Positions 13,003-25,790 of a stretch of DNA of 64,000 nt are shown piece after piece. Origin of the DNA: Negaprion brevirostris (taxonomy: Eukaryota); assembly GCA_030324005.1 (NCBI GenBank), contig JARDVH010000164.1, positions 19,486,929 to 19,550,928 on the forward strand, in the 5' to 3' direction. Each line of letters starts with the position of its first letter. The first letter of the stretch is position 1. The position numbers and the translations under genes are program-made. The notes under the pieces are model-generated. The model was given only the letters and a program-made list of their open reading frames with translations. It made no database searches and was not told the DNA's origin.

Positions 13003-13695
13003 GAGTAGGTTAGTACTGCTGCCTCACAGTGCCACGGACCTGGGTTCGATTCCCAGCTTGAGTCACTGTCTGTGCGGAGTCTGCACGTTCTCCCCACGTC
13101 TGCGTGGGTTTCCTCCGGGTGCTCCGGTTTCCTCCCACAGACTCCAAGGATGTGTGGGTTAAGTGCATTGGCCATACTAAATTGCCTCTTAGTATCCTGG
13201 GATGTGTAGATTAATGGGATTAATGGGGTTAATGTGTAGGGTTGTGTGGATAGGGCCTGGGGTGGGATTGTAATCAGTGCAGAGCCAATGGGTCTCCCAC
13301 ACTCCAAAGATGCATAGGTTAGGTGGATTGACCATGCTATATTGCCCCTTAGTGTCCCAAGATGTATAGGATATGGGGATTGGTCATGATAAATAGCCCC
13401 TTAGTGTCCAAAGGTGTGTAGATAGATTAGCCATGGGAAATTTGTGTGGGGTTATGGTGATAGGGTGGGGGAGAGTGCCTGGGTAAGATACTGGGTGGAA
13501 TTTTCTGGGTCTGTCTGTCACGGGAATCGTAACAGGTGAGAGCGGATCATTCAAAGGTCCATTGACCTTGGGTGGGAAATTCCGGTCTTGGATGAGCATG
13601 GCTGGAAAATCCTGCCCAAGGTGTCAGAGAGTTAGTGCAGACTCGATGGACTGAATGGCCTCTTCTGCACTGTAGGGATTCTATGATTCTGTAGC
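13003..13695 (+). mobile_element. Compound HE1 SINE with internal duplications and an inserted MITE
   Basis: An HE1 head and body, a second body segment from about 13295, a MITE at 13492-13618, then the CR1-like tail. Confidence 0.85.
13492..13618. mobile_element. About 125-bp MITE inserted in an HE1 SINE
   Basis: Imperfect terminal inverted repeats tgggtggaattttc / gaaaatcctgccca. It splits the HE1 sequence aagatac|tgtcagagag. Confidence 0.75.
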
Positions 13696-14504
13696 CCATT
13701 TGGGATGTCAACTGTTGGAAAAATTGAAGGAGATTGCTCATGAGTGGCAGTGTTCTTGTGAATCTTCTTTGGTTGTGGTTTGCTGGACTGGATTTGTGCA
13801 GATAAATCATGGATTTATTTCCCCTGGTAACTGATTCCATTATTTCCCAGAACTTTCACATATAGCAGCTGGCTTCTGGCCTCTTTATCACAATCATATG
13901 AAGACTTTCTCGTTCTTAGAAATGTGGCTGGTGCCAAACTTCTGTCTGCAATGAAGGCTGGGTTGTTGTGAGGACATTTTTCCCCATGCCTGGGATTTCC
14001 CTTACAGTCAGCAATCCATGAAGCAGTCAGCAGTCACCTGACTGAACTGGAATCTTAAAGTGCTCTCAGTTGGCCCGTTCCAAGTTTATTCTCAAATTCT
14101 CAAGTTTGGCTGACAAGTAGGATAAAAGGAAGTTTCAGAGATGCCTTTGCTCCTTGAATACAAATTCTGTTTGGAGCAGTAAAAAAAAGTGGTACTGCCT
14201 TCACCCGCCAACACTACTTTTCATTTCCTGAGCACATTCACAAATGGAAAATCCCTGTCTGTTTGTAGATTGGTTCCATGAGCTCTTTCGTTCTGCAGCC
14301 AATGTTGATCATTTCATCTCTCCCCACCCTTCAGACAGAGGCGGTTGGATCTTTGTCACCCTCTCCCAGCTCCTCCTACTGCCCCTGACACACCCTCCAT
14401 TTCACTAGTTTCATTCTCCAGAATCTCTGGGAGTTGCTTGAATAAAGAAGAAGGAAAAGACCTGCATTGATATAGCATCTTTCAAAACATCAGGGTGTTG
14501 ACAT

Positions 14505-14686
14505 GATGTGGAGATGCAGGTGTTGGACTGGGGGTGGGCACAGTAAGAAGTCTCACAACACCAGGTTAAAGTCCAACAGGTTCATTCTAAATCACGAGCT
14601 TTGCCCCTTCATCAAGTGGCTCACCTGATGAAGGAACAGTGCTCTGAAAGCTCGTGATTTCAAATAAACTTGTTGGACTTTAACCT
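14505..14686. mobile_element. Penelope-associated palindromic repeat (family 1) with hammerhead-like core
   Basis: Inverted arms aggttaaagtccaac.../...gttggactttaacct; CTGATGA at 14625 and GAAA at 14646. Confidence 0.75.
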
Positions 14687-14764
14687 AGTTACCGTTTATA
14701 CACAGGATGGCCATAATACTTCCCAGCCAAGGCAATGGCTGTAACTGTTGTAACATAAGAATCC

Positions 14765-14908
14765 AAAAGGCATCACCTCTGACAGTGCAGCACTCCCTCA
14801 GTACGCTCCTGGGACTGACAGCCAAGATTATCATGCTCAAGTGTCTGGAGTGAGATTTGAACCCACAACCTTCTGATGCACAGGTGAGAGTGCTGCCCAC
14901 TGAACTGT
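14765..14908 (-). mobile_element. DeuSINE (SacSINE1-like) 5' fragment
   Basis: Reverse complement contains gtactgagggagtgctgcactgtcagaggtg and a tRNA-like head. Confidence 0.7.
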
Positions 14909-15061
14909 AGTGAGGAAGTTAAGGGTCATGCTGGATTCAGATACAGGAATAAACACCATGGGGTTCTGCCAATCTCCTGACCTTATCGGTACAATCACTT
15001 GCCCCCTCTCTCCTCGCAATGTGATTTCCCCCCTCAGGTTCTCCAAGGGAAATGTATCCAA

Positions 15062-15350
15062 GCACAGTGGCATGGTGGTTAGCACTGCTGCCTCACAGCG
15101 TCAGGCACTCAGATTCAAATCCTGGCTTGGGTGACTGCGTGTGTGGAGTTTGCATGTTCTCCCCGTGTCTGCGTGGGTTTCCCCCGGGTGCTCCGATTTC
15201 TTCCTGCAATCCAAGGCTGTGTGGGTTAGGTGGGTTGGCCACACTAAATTGCCATTGGTATCAGGGAGATTAGCAGGATAAATATATAGTCACAGAGACA
15301 TAGGATTGTGCAGATTCGATGGACTGAATCGCTTCTTTATGCACTGTTTT
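15062..15350 (+). mobile_element. HE1 SINE
   Basis: Canonical head and V-domain. Confidence 0.85.
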
Positions 15351-15624
15351 TGATGAGCATTGGAACTCTAAGCCTTTGAATCCAAAAATACCAAAATACC
15401 GAGCTCTGCTAACTGGCACTGACCGTGCGGTGATGTATAACGTAATGTTGACTATTTTCGATCCCTGCGACCCCACGCAAACTCACACTCCTGCTACATT
15501 CTCCGTCATGTCTTGGAAAGAAGTGAATCAAGCTCGCAGCATTTTGTATTTAGTGAGGGACCAACTATGTTTAGATGTGGTCAGACTACAGAGATTTCAC
15601 CAGAATTACACCTTCTGGGGCTTC

Positions 15625-15920
15625 GGAGGGCACAACCTCAGGCTGAAGGGACGATCCTTTAAAACAGAGATGAGGAGGAATTTCTCCAGCCACAGAGTGG
15701 TGAATCTGTGGAAATCTTTGCCGCAGAAGGCTGTGGAGGGTGGGTCATTGAGTGTCTTTAAGACAGAGATAGATAGGTTTTTGATTAATAAGGGGAACAG
15801 GGGTTATGGGGAAAAGGCAGGAGAATGGGGATGGGAAAAATATCAACCATGATTGAATGGTGGACCAGACCCGATGGGCCGAGTGGTCTAACTCTGCCCC
15901 TATTTCTTATGGTCTTACGG
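15625..15920 (+). mobile_element. CR1 LINE 3' end
   Basis: GHNLRLKGRSFKTEMRRNFSSHRVVNLWKSLPQKAVE followed by a CR1 3' UTR. Confidence 0.9.
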
Positions 15921-16434
15921 AATTAACTCAGGCTTCCCTGCATTTCAGGTGAATCACAGATAATCAAGTCCTGTGCACCTTTTGGTTACCCTTGCCGAAT
16001 TCAGTTTTTAACTCAAACCGGCTGTCAGCTTTAAGTCAGGTTTAAATTGTTGGAAGTGACTTAATTTGACAGTGTGTAGGAGCTCTGAAATTTTACCGCT
16101 TACCATTGAAAATATTTCAGTAATGTGATAATGGCATCATTAATAATCCATCCAGTAAAAAGCGAGGTTTGCTCTATTGTATTAACCTATTGGTGAATGC
16201 ACACAGCCCATTCAGAGAATACGCTATCAAAATGTGTCAAAGTGCCAATGTGTGAAGGCCAGAATATTAAGTTAACATAATAAGGTGCTGAATCTATTGG
16301 TGCACATGTGGTCATGGGTCCCTATAAGCTTTGCTGTGATTGAATCCAAATCATTTCTTTAAATATGTGTAAAATTAATGTAGATTGTTACATATAAGTC
16401 TTGTATGATCCTGTACAAAACATACAAATATTCC

Positions 16435-16712
16435 AGAGGGCATTAGCTATGAGGAAAGGTTGGAGAAACTTGGCTTGTTCTCTCTGGAATGACAGAGGTT
16501 GAGGAGAGACCTGATAGAAGTCTACAAAGTTAAGAGAGGCATGGACAGAGTGGATAGTCAATTACTAAGGGGCATAGGTTTAAGGTGCAAGGGGCAAGGC
16601 TTAAAAGAAATGTATGAGGCAAGTTTTTTACACAGAGGGTTAGCATGGTTAGTGCAGGCTTGGAAGGCCAAAGGGCCTGTTCCTGAGCTGTAATTTTCAT
16701 TGTTCATTGTTG
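16435..16712 (+). mobile_element. CR1 LINE 3' fragment, internally deleted
   Basis: SYEERLEKLGLFSLE..RLRRDLIEVYK. Confidence 0.8.
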
Positions 16713-17969
16713 TAAGAAGCTCCCCTGTGTAGTTAACTTGCAAATAAAGTAATGCTTTGCTCACATTTCTGTGTATTTGTATCAGAGTTTTCAAGTTTAA
16801 CTTGAATCTTTGACTGCCATCAAACCTGATACATCATTAGCTCACTGTACCATTTCCTTTTCTCTCTGTTCAATTCCGCCGAGTTGCTTTTACGTGGAGT
16901 GTTGGATGACAATTTGCTTTTCTCAAGTCCTGCAGGAAGCAGTCTGACATTCATAGCATTCTGACAATGAGGGATGGTCGATGCCAAATTCCTAAACGTG
17001 CAACCTTGGTGGCTGTGAGTAGCAACAGATATTTTTACCCCAAGCAATTAAACGAATACCGTACATGGGACAATTCCATTTATTAACTATTTAATGACCA
17101 CTTACTAGAAATCTTGCTGGGAGGAAATAGAGGTTCGTTTGCATCAAGCACTTTTACTGAACAATGGACTTTGTGCAGAGACATGGAACTCAGAGATTTT
17201 GGTATCAGACTCTACATGATNNNNNNNNNNGTACTGGAGATGGAAGGACGTTTCTATCATAAAATACTCAGATGCTTACTAGCTTGCTTTCTAGGAATAT
17301 GATAATTTTGTTAGGATGTCTACTCTTGGCAGGTGTCATGGTTCAGACTATCCCACCTCCCTGCAGGAGGTTGACTGAAAATGAATGGCAAGAGGAGGCC
17401 AGAATCGGGAAAACAGGCACACTTTCCATGGCTAAAATACCCAGCGAGTGTCATGGCTTTATCAACAACAACAGCAATTTTCATTTATATAGCAACTTTA
17501 GCACAATAACACACCCCAAAGTGATTCAAACGATGTTTAACATCAGGACATGTTTTGGGGCAAGGTAGCTTTTAAGGGGTATCTTTAATGGGGGGGGGGC
17601 ACACTTATCTATCATTATTATACGGATCAAACAATTATCTTCTTCATTGCAAGAGGGTTTGCCTACAGGAGCAAGGATGTCTTCCTGCAGCCGGAAGGTA
17701 AGAAGGTAAAGCTGCCACAGTCCCAGATTACCATTAATACTAAACTATTAATCCAGAAACTCAGCTGGGGACCTGGGTTTAAATCCTGCCCCAGCAGATG
17801 GTGGAATTTGAATTCAATAAAAAATATCTGGTATTAAGAATCTAGTGATGACCATGAAACCATTGTCNNNNNNNNNNNNNNNNNNNNNNNNNNNNNNNNN
17901 NNNNNNNNNNNNNNNNNNNNNNNNNNNNNNNNNNNNNNNNNNNNNNNNNNNNNNNNNNNNNNNNNNNGA

Positions 17970-18250
17970 GAGCACCTTCCAAACCTGTGATTCCTACCGC
18001 TTAGAATGACAAAGGCAACAGATGCATGGTTACACCACATGTGCAAGTTCCCCTCCAAGACGCTCATCACTCAGTGACGGAACTATATTAATGTTACTCC
18101 AACATAGTTGGATCATAATCCGGGGACTCTCTTCCTAATAGCACTGTGGATATACCTACAGCACACAGTCAAGAAGGCGCCTCACCACTACCTTCTTGAG
18201 GACAATTAGGAGAGGCAATACAAAGCTGGCGGTGCTCACATCCTGTGGAA
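17970..18250 (+). mobile_element. LINE 3' end (same family as 42955-43745)
   Basis: Shares cagcaccttccaaacc...ctcaccactaccttcttgaggacaattagg with the other copies. Confidence 0.65.
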
Positions 18251-18667
18251 AAAATGAAAAAATACTATGCTGGGTCAACTTGTATACTGCAATTTATTGT
18301 ATATTTTCCCAAACAAGAATAGAAAAAAAGTAGATAAAAAGGGAGCTTTAAATTAAAACAGATGCTTGTTTTATACTTTAAATTATAATCAAATGTCAGC
18401 ATTGATTCAGTAGATTAAGTTGGATTATGCCTAAGACTGTCATTATAGAAACTTTAACCCATTAACTTTAAAGCGAGGAGTGTGTATTTGATAATGTAGT
18501 ATATGGGTTAGGAACTGATATAAAAAAATTAAAATGCACTATATGTATAGATAACAAATGACATGGTAGTTGGCTTTGATTAAGTGTGTGTTAAAATGTA
18601 TGAAGATTAAACCTTCAGACCCCTGTCTTTTAAAATTTTAATGTCTGAAATATAATAAAAGGGCATT

Positions 18668-18952
18668 GGGGGCGGCATGGTGACAGTAGTTAACACTGCT
18701 GCCTCACAGCACCAGGGGCCTGGGTTCAATTTCCTGCAGGTGTTCGGGTTTTCTGCAGGTGCTCAGATTTGATCCCACAGTCCAAAGATGTGAGGGTTGG
18801 ATGGATTGGCTGTGCTAAGTTGCCCTTTCGTTTCAGGGGGACTAGCTAGGATAAATGCATGGGGTTATGGAGATAGGGCCTTGGTGGGATTGTGGTCAGT
18901 GCAGACTTGATGGGCCAAATAGCCTCTTCCTGTAGAATTCTATGATTCTATA
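18668..18952 (+). mobile_element. HE1 SINE
   Basis: gggcggcatggtgacagtagttaacactgctgcctcacag...gaattctatgattcta. Confidence 0.85.
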
Positions 18953-19319
18953 ATGGCAACAGTATTTTAATGGTTGTGAAGTATTTTGGTCCAGCCTGTA
19001 GTTGTGAACAGAGCTGTGTACTGCATGTTGTTTTTCTTATCTGAATTGTGGCTAATTGCTCTTATCATTATTGTGATCTGTGTAATGAAAATTGACTATT
19101 GCAAAAAGAATTGTCATTTGGTGTTTGCAGCTCAGGCAGGATAATTTCCTATGTCAGCTTTTGTATTGTGTCTGGCTTTCACTAATACCTGATGATATGA
19201 CTCCCTTTTTATTCTGTGCCAGTATTAGTACTTATTGCCCAATATTCTAAATTTTCATGTGGATGCCTTTTTTCTTTTTCTTTGCATGTTTTTTATCATT
19301 TGTTTTCTTCTACCTAAAG

Positions 19320-20488
19320 CACCTCCAAATGTGAAAAGTTCAGAACAATCTCCGGTCATTTCTGAAAATAACTGTGAGGCCACTGGATCCGTGCACATGC
19401 AGACAATCCATGCTGAGAAACCACCTTCTAGTGAAGACCAGGTCCGGAAATTCAAAAAACATGGAACAGGCAGTGAAATTCGTAAGGCACGTGTGGCCCG
19501 CTCCATGAACAAGACTTTGTATGGTCCAACTGCAAATAATGGCACTCCAGATGAAAACTTCTTTACAAATCAGAAAGAAGTTAACATTCATAAGACTGAA
19601 GGAAAGTCTGGCATTTTACAAAAGGATATTATCTTGTTGCACAACGTGAAGACTGGCCAACAACTGAATGGTGCTATGTCAAAATCAAAGCTTCACAAAG
19701 CTGCTAGTGTTGCACATTTTCAGAACTCACCCAAGTACCTTTCCCAAATGTGTCTGAGCAAAGCACATAAGTTCAACTCTACTGATAGTCTTACAGACAG
19801 AGCATCTTTGCATATGACTCACAATCAGGATGGCATTTCACCCTCAAAATGTTTTGTACATTATTCAGAAGAATATGTCTGCTCCAAAACTATGACTGGG
19901 GCATCAAATGATGTGCAAGAAACCCCTGAAAGAGATGATGATTATGTTTCCAATCTTGAAACTATTACGTCCTGTAAAATGGGCACATACAATTTTAGAC
20001 AGGCTGAAGGAAAAACATGCCATCTACAAGATTGTAGCACTCCTATAATATGCGCAGGATCAGGTGGCATTTCTAAGCCATCATCATCTACAAATTTGCC
20101 ACATAAAGCTATAATGGCAAATAGTACTGTGCAAGTGTCACCTTCCATTTCCCCTGTAGCCTCTGAAATGATCTGTCTTTCAGACAGAGAACATGCTTGC
20201 ATTTCAAGTAAAACATTCCCAGTTGTGTCAAGGATGCATGGAGAACAAACACAAGAAGTTCCAGAGAACAGCCTTTCTACTTTTAACACAGACCAGTTTA
20301 ATATGAGGACAAAACCTCGTCAATATGTTGCATGTACTGAGCCTGAACTGAAACTGAACGATGAAATAGTAAAGACAAGTAAGCCATACCACGTGAAAGA
20401 ATATTCCCATAAGAAATATCCATCATGTGTGTTCTCCAAAGTAGACATGGACAGTGGATTTGACAGTCCTTTTCTTAACGCATCTTGA
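19320..20488 (+). CDS. CEP152: CEP152 large terminal coding exon (S/T/K-rich, probably disordered; ends DSGFDSPFLNAS*)
   Basis: Long pyrimidine tract with aAG at 19318-19319, phase 1 matching the 11315 donor, and about 389 open codons. The C-terminus resembles the remembered human DSGFDSPFVNLD. Confidence 0.92.
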
Positions 20489-20730
20489 CTAACAAAAATG
20501 ATCTTGCAAGCAAATCCTCTAATCTTTGACACCTTTGTATGGAGTAATTGTATAGGTTTCTTTGAATAACTTGTTAATGATTCGTGATTTTGCTAAATAA
20601 TACTGTAATATATTTGCACTTATTTATGTTTCTAAAATCTATTTTTGTACCACAAACCAATTTGTTTTGCTGTTGGTTTCTATGTTCAAATGTTTTTAGG
20701 GACAAAATGTTTATTTTAAGATATCATGCT

Positions 20731-20736
20731 AATAAA
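20731..20736 (+). promoter_or_regulatory. Probable CEP152 polyadenylation signal
   Basis: AATAAA about 240 nt after the stop codon, in an AT-rich UTR with T/GT-rich sequence downstream. Confidence 0.65.
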
Positions 20737-20879
20737 GTGCTCTTTTTAATAAGAATTTGTCTGAAAGTAGTTTAAATACTGAACAGTAATTTATTGTTTC
20801 TCCAATTCCTTAGCAAGTGTTTTTAGTTGCCTAATTCACTTTTAAGTGGGTTTGTTTATTTTTGATCTGATTTTTTTTT

Positions 20880-21010
20880 GGACTGGGGTAAGCACAGTGA
20901 GAAGTCTCGCAGCACCAGGTTGAAGTCCAACAGGTTTATTTGACACTAGCTTTTGGAGTCTCAGGCTCCTTTATCGGGTGAATGAGGACTAGTGTTCACA
21001 AACAGGTCAT
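20880..21010. mobile_element. Penelope-associated repeat, family 1, one arm
   Basis: ggactggggtaagcacagtgagaagtctcgcagcaccaggttgaagtccaacaggtttatt. Confidence 0.7.
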
Positions 21011-21023
21011 ATACGGACATATA

Positions 21024-21824
21024 GGGCCTGATTTTATCATTTTCATTCTAAGTGCTGAATCTGGGCGTAATGCAGATCAGACTTAAAAATCTGCTTCCAG
21101 GCGCCCCCATACGCACTCACCCTGGAAAAAAAGTCACCAGGCCCATTCGCGCAGCCAAAATGATNNNNNNNNNNNNNNNNNNNNNNNNNNNNNNNNNNNN
21201 NNNNNNNNNNNNNNNNNNNNNNNNNNNNNNNNNNNNNNNNNNNNNNNNNNNNNNNNNNNNNNNNATCAGAGCTGTGCATGCGCAGTTAGAAAAAACAAGT
21301 TGAAAAGGTGCACCCGTGTCAGATCAGTTCCAAGCTGCTTGGGAGCAAAAAGCAGAAGCGATGACCCCTGTACTCATCACTGTCCCCCTTATCCACCCCC
21401 TGCTACCCAGACTGATTGCCACACCCCCGCCCCACCAGAGATACATCTTACCTGCCTCTCTCCTTCCCCCCCCCACCACTGATCTGAGTCAGAAAGCCAT
21501 TGGAAGCACTGAATGTGCACTTCAGCAGCTGGAGTGCCCAATTCAGACTTTTATTTAGCAGGTCCATTACAACGCGGTTCCAGATTGGCATACGTGGTGG
21601 TAAAGGAGGAAATGCTGATAAAGTTGGGTGGGCAGTCCATTAATTCAATTGAAATGCATGCAAAAGCATTTAAATTGCCATTGCACCCATTTTGGGTACG
21701 AAGTGGATCACTGTCATTCTTGGGTTTCAGTAAAGTGGCAATCTGAGCGTTAATAGCCTTACACACGACTTTCCCACGTTTTCGCACCCGAAAACAGGTA
21801 TGACACAATGGTAAAATCGGGCCC
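21024..21824. mobile_element. Non-autonomous DNA transposon, PIF/Harbinger-like
   Basis: 18-bp terminal inverted repeats gggcctgattttatcatt / aatggtaaaatcgggccc (2 mismatches), flanked by a 3-bp target-site duplication ATA (21021-23 and 21825-27). Confidence 0.85.
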
Positions 21825-22501
21825 ATAGTGTGTTCAATAGAGATGCATAAAGTAGTTGAAGCGTGCTTCCTCTTTTATTTTAAGAAAAACTAAATCTATA
21901 CTCTGCAAGGTTATTTTACTTTCTTACAAATCCTTTTTAAATGTATCCCATGTGACATTAATGGCCTTGTTTTCAATTTCCTTTTTTTCATTTTGTCATA
22001 ATCCTCCCACTTTACCTGCTTTTCCCTAATTATTTAGCAAATTAGGTTAGCAACTATGTGGTGGGATGGATTTAAATTTATTGCAATCCTCATGGAGGCT
22101 ACTATCCTGATGAATTTCTCAATGACAGAAATCAAAAGACAAGATTTCACCATTTTACATTTCAAACAAACTAAAATCAACATGGCTGCCTGTTAATTAA
22201 TTTAATCTAATTCATCCAACTAAACAAAAAAAAAGGTGTGGGAGCAATATGATATTTCTTTGGAACTGAGGAGAGGTAGGAATGGGATTGGTTTTGTGCA
22301 GGTGGGGGAAAAAAAATAGTAGGTTAAGGGCAGAGCAGATGTAGGAAAAGAGGTTCGAGAACAGGGACCTAAAATGACACATACGTCATGGAACTTGGGT
22401 AAAGGAAGTCGTAATGGTTCTAAGGACACAGCTTGGTCAGAGTAGTGTTAGTAGCAAGATGAAGGACAGCACTGTGAAACCAAAAACTTGAGAACAAGGT
22501 A

Positions 22502-22985
22502 CTGTTAGAGAATCAGATCAAAACCCCCAGCTATATTATGAAGCCAGACTAACCTCAATGACTTTTCTATTTTGGCTTAAGGATAGGATGTTTCACTCCA
22601 GGTATGAGTCTACTGACTAACCAGGGAGCTTTTATCAAAACAGACTTTATTTAAAAACACCTTAACCATAACAAATGAATTGGCTTAACCTTTAACAACT
22701 GAGCAATTATTAAGATATCAGTTGCAAAAATACAGGTATACTTGTTTGTAACTTAGGTTTCAGAAAGCCTCTGGAGGGAGAGAGAGAGAGACATTTTTTT
22801 CTTGCAGCTTCAGACTGCAGCTCTTTTTTTTTGGAAGAAATGAAAATGAAATTGTTAATTCTTGCAAGCTTAGCTCCTCCCATTGACCATATTAACTGTC
22901 TGACCATCACTGAATGGTTTGGGTTCCACCTGGGCCACAGGGCTTTTGACCCTCCATCAAAAGATTATAAGTGGCAATGTTTGTT
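22502..22985. mobile_element. Possible solo-LTR-like repeat
   Basis: Begins TGTTA, and its start loosely resembles 11669-11720. No internal genes are visible and the boundaries are uncertain. Confidence 0.3.
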
Positions 22986-23249
22986 GATCATTGCACAATT
23001 TTCAGCATCATTTGTGAGTCCTCATATACTGAAGTCGTCATGTCCTATTACAGCAAGACCTGGATAACTTGGGCTGACAAAGGGCAAGTAAGATGTGTTA
23101 CACAAGTGCCAGACAATGACCATCTCCAGTCATAACCACCTCCAATCTACCCATGATCCCTTATTCAATGGCATTGCTATCACTGAAGAGGCTCTGATAC
23201 ACTTATTGCCATTGAGGCACATGCTAGTGCCCTTGCACATCGATGCATA

Positions 23250-23471
23250 CAAAGAACAACCCAGCACGGGAAACAGGCCCTTCGGCCCAACGAGCCCACG
23301 CCCCCATCACCCTACACCTATTCTACCCTGCGTGTCTACAAATGGAACCCCTTCCTTAGCCGTATTCAGGAGAGATTAGTGTCAATTTGGTAAAACCAAT
23401 CAGCCTAAGAGCACATCTTTGGGGTGTGGGAGGAAACTGGAGCACCCAGAGGAAACCCACGCAACCACAGG
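23250..23471 (-). mobile_element. HE1-like SINE 3' part
   Basis: Antisense V-domain (ggaaactggagcacccagaggaaacccacgca) running into a gap. Confidence 0.75.
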
Positions 23472-23742
23472 NNNNNNNNNNNNNNNNNNNNNNNNNNNNN
23501 NNNNNNNNNNNNNNNNNNNNNNNNNNNNNNNNNNNNNNNNNNNNNNNNNNNNNNNNNNNNNNNNNNNNNNNNNNNNNNNNNNNNNNNNNNNNNNNNNNNN
23601 NNNNNNNNNNNNNNNNNNNNNNNNNNNNNNNNNNNNNNNNNNNNNNNNNNNNNNNNNNNNNNNNNNNNNNNNNNNNNNNNNNNNNNNNNNNNNNNNNNNN
23701 NNNNNNNNNNNNNNNNNNNNNNNNNNNNNNNNNNNNNNNNNN

Positions 23743-24450
23743 GCAGTCATAGCTAGGGTGTAGAGAAAGATCAACGTAGTATGAGGTAGGTCCATTCAAA
23801 GTTCTGATGGCAGAAGGGAAGAACTGTTCTTGAGGTGGATGTGACAAAACTCTCTACTTGACAGGACATGGGAGCATAAATTTAAGATCATCACTGACAG
23901 ATTGAAGAATATAGGACAAATATATTTACAGTGTTTCAAAAAATAGGAAACTTGCTATTGCATGGAAATTAACAAGACAGCATTGATGCATTTAAAGACA
24001 GGCATTCTGGGGTATGGGCCAAGATGAGCAGAAGTTAGAGTGGGAGAAAATTTACGTAAAGTGTAAGTATCAATGTTAATTACAAGGTTATGTTGGAAAG
24101 GCTGGGATTCTTGGAGCAAAGATTATTGTGGAGAAATTTGATAGAGTACAAGATCATGACAGGTTTAGATAAGAGAGGCAACAAAATACTCTTCCCAAGA
24201 CTATGGAACACCTTTAAGACATTGGACAAGAGATGCAGGGGCAATGTGAGGAGGAACTATTTTACATAGCAAGTGGCAATGATCTGGATGGAATTTGCTT
24301 CCCACGGGCTGGTGAAAGGGGAAATTTGATGGACACTTGAAGGAAATAAATTTTCAGGACCATTGGAAATGGGACTGAATGCATTGCTCCACAGGGAGGC
24401 AGTATGGACTTAATGGGCCAAATGGCCTCCTTTGTTGTGGCTTGGTGACT
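23743..24450. mobile_element. Rex1/Babar 3' fragment (-) followed by degenerate CR1 3' fragments (+)
   Basis: Similar to the copies at 57690 and 16435. Confidence 0.55.
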
Positions 24451-25151
24451 TCATAAAAGTGGAAAAGACATTTCACGTATAGTAGCTAAGAAATGAGACA
24501 TCAGGCGGCTGCTTTCACTGTGCAGGCTGGTGGTAGGCAAACAGAAACTGTGGTATCTCCTTAACAGACTGCTGGGCCCATTGAGATGCCCCCATAAAGG
24601 TTTTCGCTCCCATTCTGTCTAACCTCCTCCCTTTGTACCCCTTGATGGGGTTCTTTTGCCTCCTTTGCTTGGGGTCTTTCAGCCCAGTCTCAGCAATATC
24701 TTCCCCATTACACCCATTCACTGTTCACTTTGTTCCTCATCATTGCCCTAGTGGACCAGAATGCTATCGGATGTTAGATTGGCCAGTAGCTCTGTTACAC
24801 TGGCTATCTTGCTATCAGGGAAATGAAGGGGTGCATGAATCTTCTGTGCTGCCCAGCTCGTCTCCAATGAGCATAGGCAGGTTGAGGATTATGACTCCCA
24901 CACTGAAATGTTGGGTAGATGAATTTTCAACACTGTGGGTTGGTATAAGTTGCTAACTGATTAATTAGAAGTTTAAAGTACAACTTTCAGAACTCCTGTA
25001 CTTTTCACAACTTGCAACCTGGCTCTGGAATGATGTAATAATGTTCATCTATATTGTGGACACATTGATTGTTTTTCCAACTGGTTACACTCTATCAGTC
25101 ACACGTCCATTAAAGCATCTTCTCTACAGAAAATACACACACAAATGTCAT

Positions 25152-25157
25152 TTTATT
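25152..25157 (-). promoter_or_regulatory. Probable polyadenylation signal of the FAM81A-like gene
   Basis: AATAAA on the minus strand about 225 nt past the stop codon. Confidence 0.55.
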
Positions 25158-25381
25158 GGGGTAAAGGCTTACACTGACTTTGATGTACAACGTTCAAACC
25201 AGTATAATTTGCTAACTTGGTTAACTTGCACACAAGGATATAATGTCTTACCAAGGCCCCTTCTTGATAAACAAAGGCTGTATGAAATAGTTGCAAGTGT
25301 CTACCAATATAAACATAAATGTAGTATGATGCTTGGACAGTGTGTAAAGGATGACATAGATCATACACAATGATTCTGTTA

Positions 25382-25522
<141 letters not shown>

Positions 25523-25624
25523 TTAATAGCAAAGACAAATCATCAAAAGTGTAAATCACGGCATCGAGTGTTGAATTACAAAGAACATTAGAAGAAGTTC
25601 TAAACTATACATTGGATTTAATAC

Positions 25625-25790
25625 CAACAAAATACTGCGGATGCTGGAAATACTCAGTATGTCTAATTGTAACTGTGAGGAGAAAAACTGAACTAATGTT
25701 TCAGGCAAAAGATCCTTGACCGAAAACATTAACTCTGTTGTACACAGATGCTGCATTCCAACATTTTCTGTTCTTTTATTTTGTATTAGA
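25625..25790. mobile_element. Penelope-associated repeat, family 2, degenerate palindrome
   Basis: aaatactgcggatgctggaaatactcag ... acagatgctgcattccaacattttctg. Confidence 0.5.

Noticed and set aside
19235-19319. Hydrophobic, signal-peptide-like start of the 417-aa ORF
   Set aside because: It is the translated polypyrimidine tract of the intron; the exon starts at 19320.
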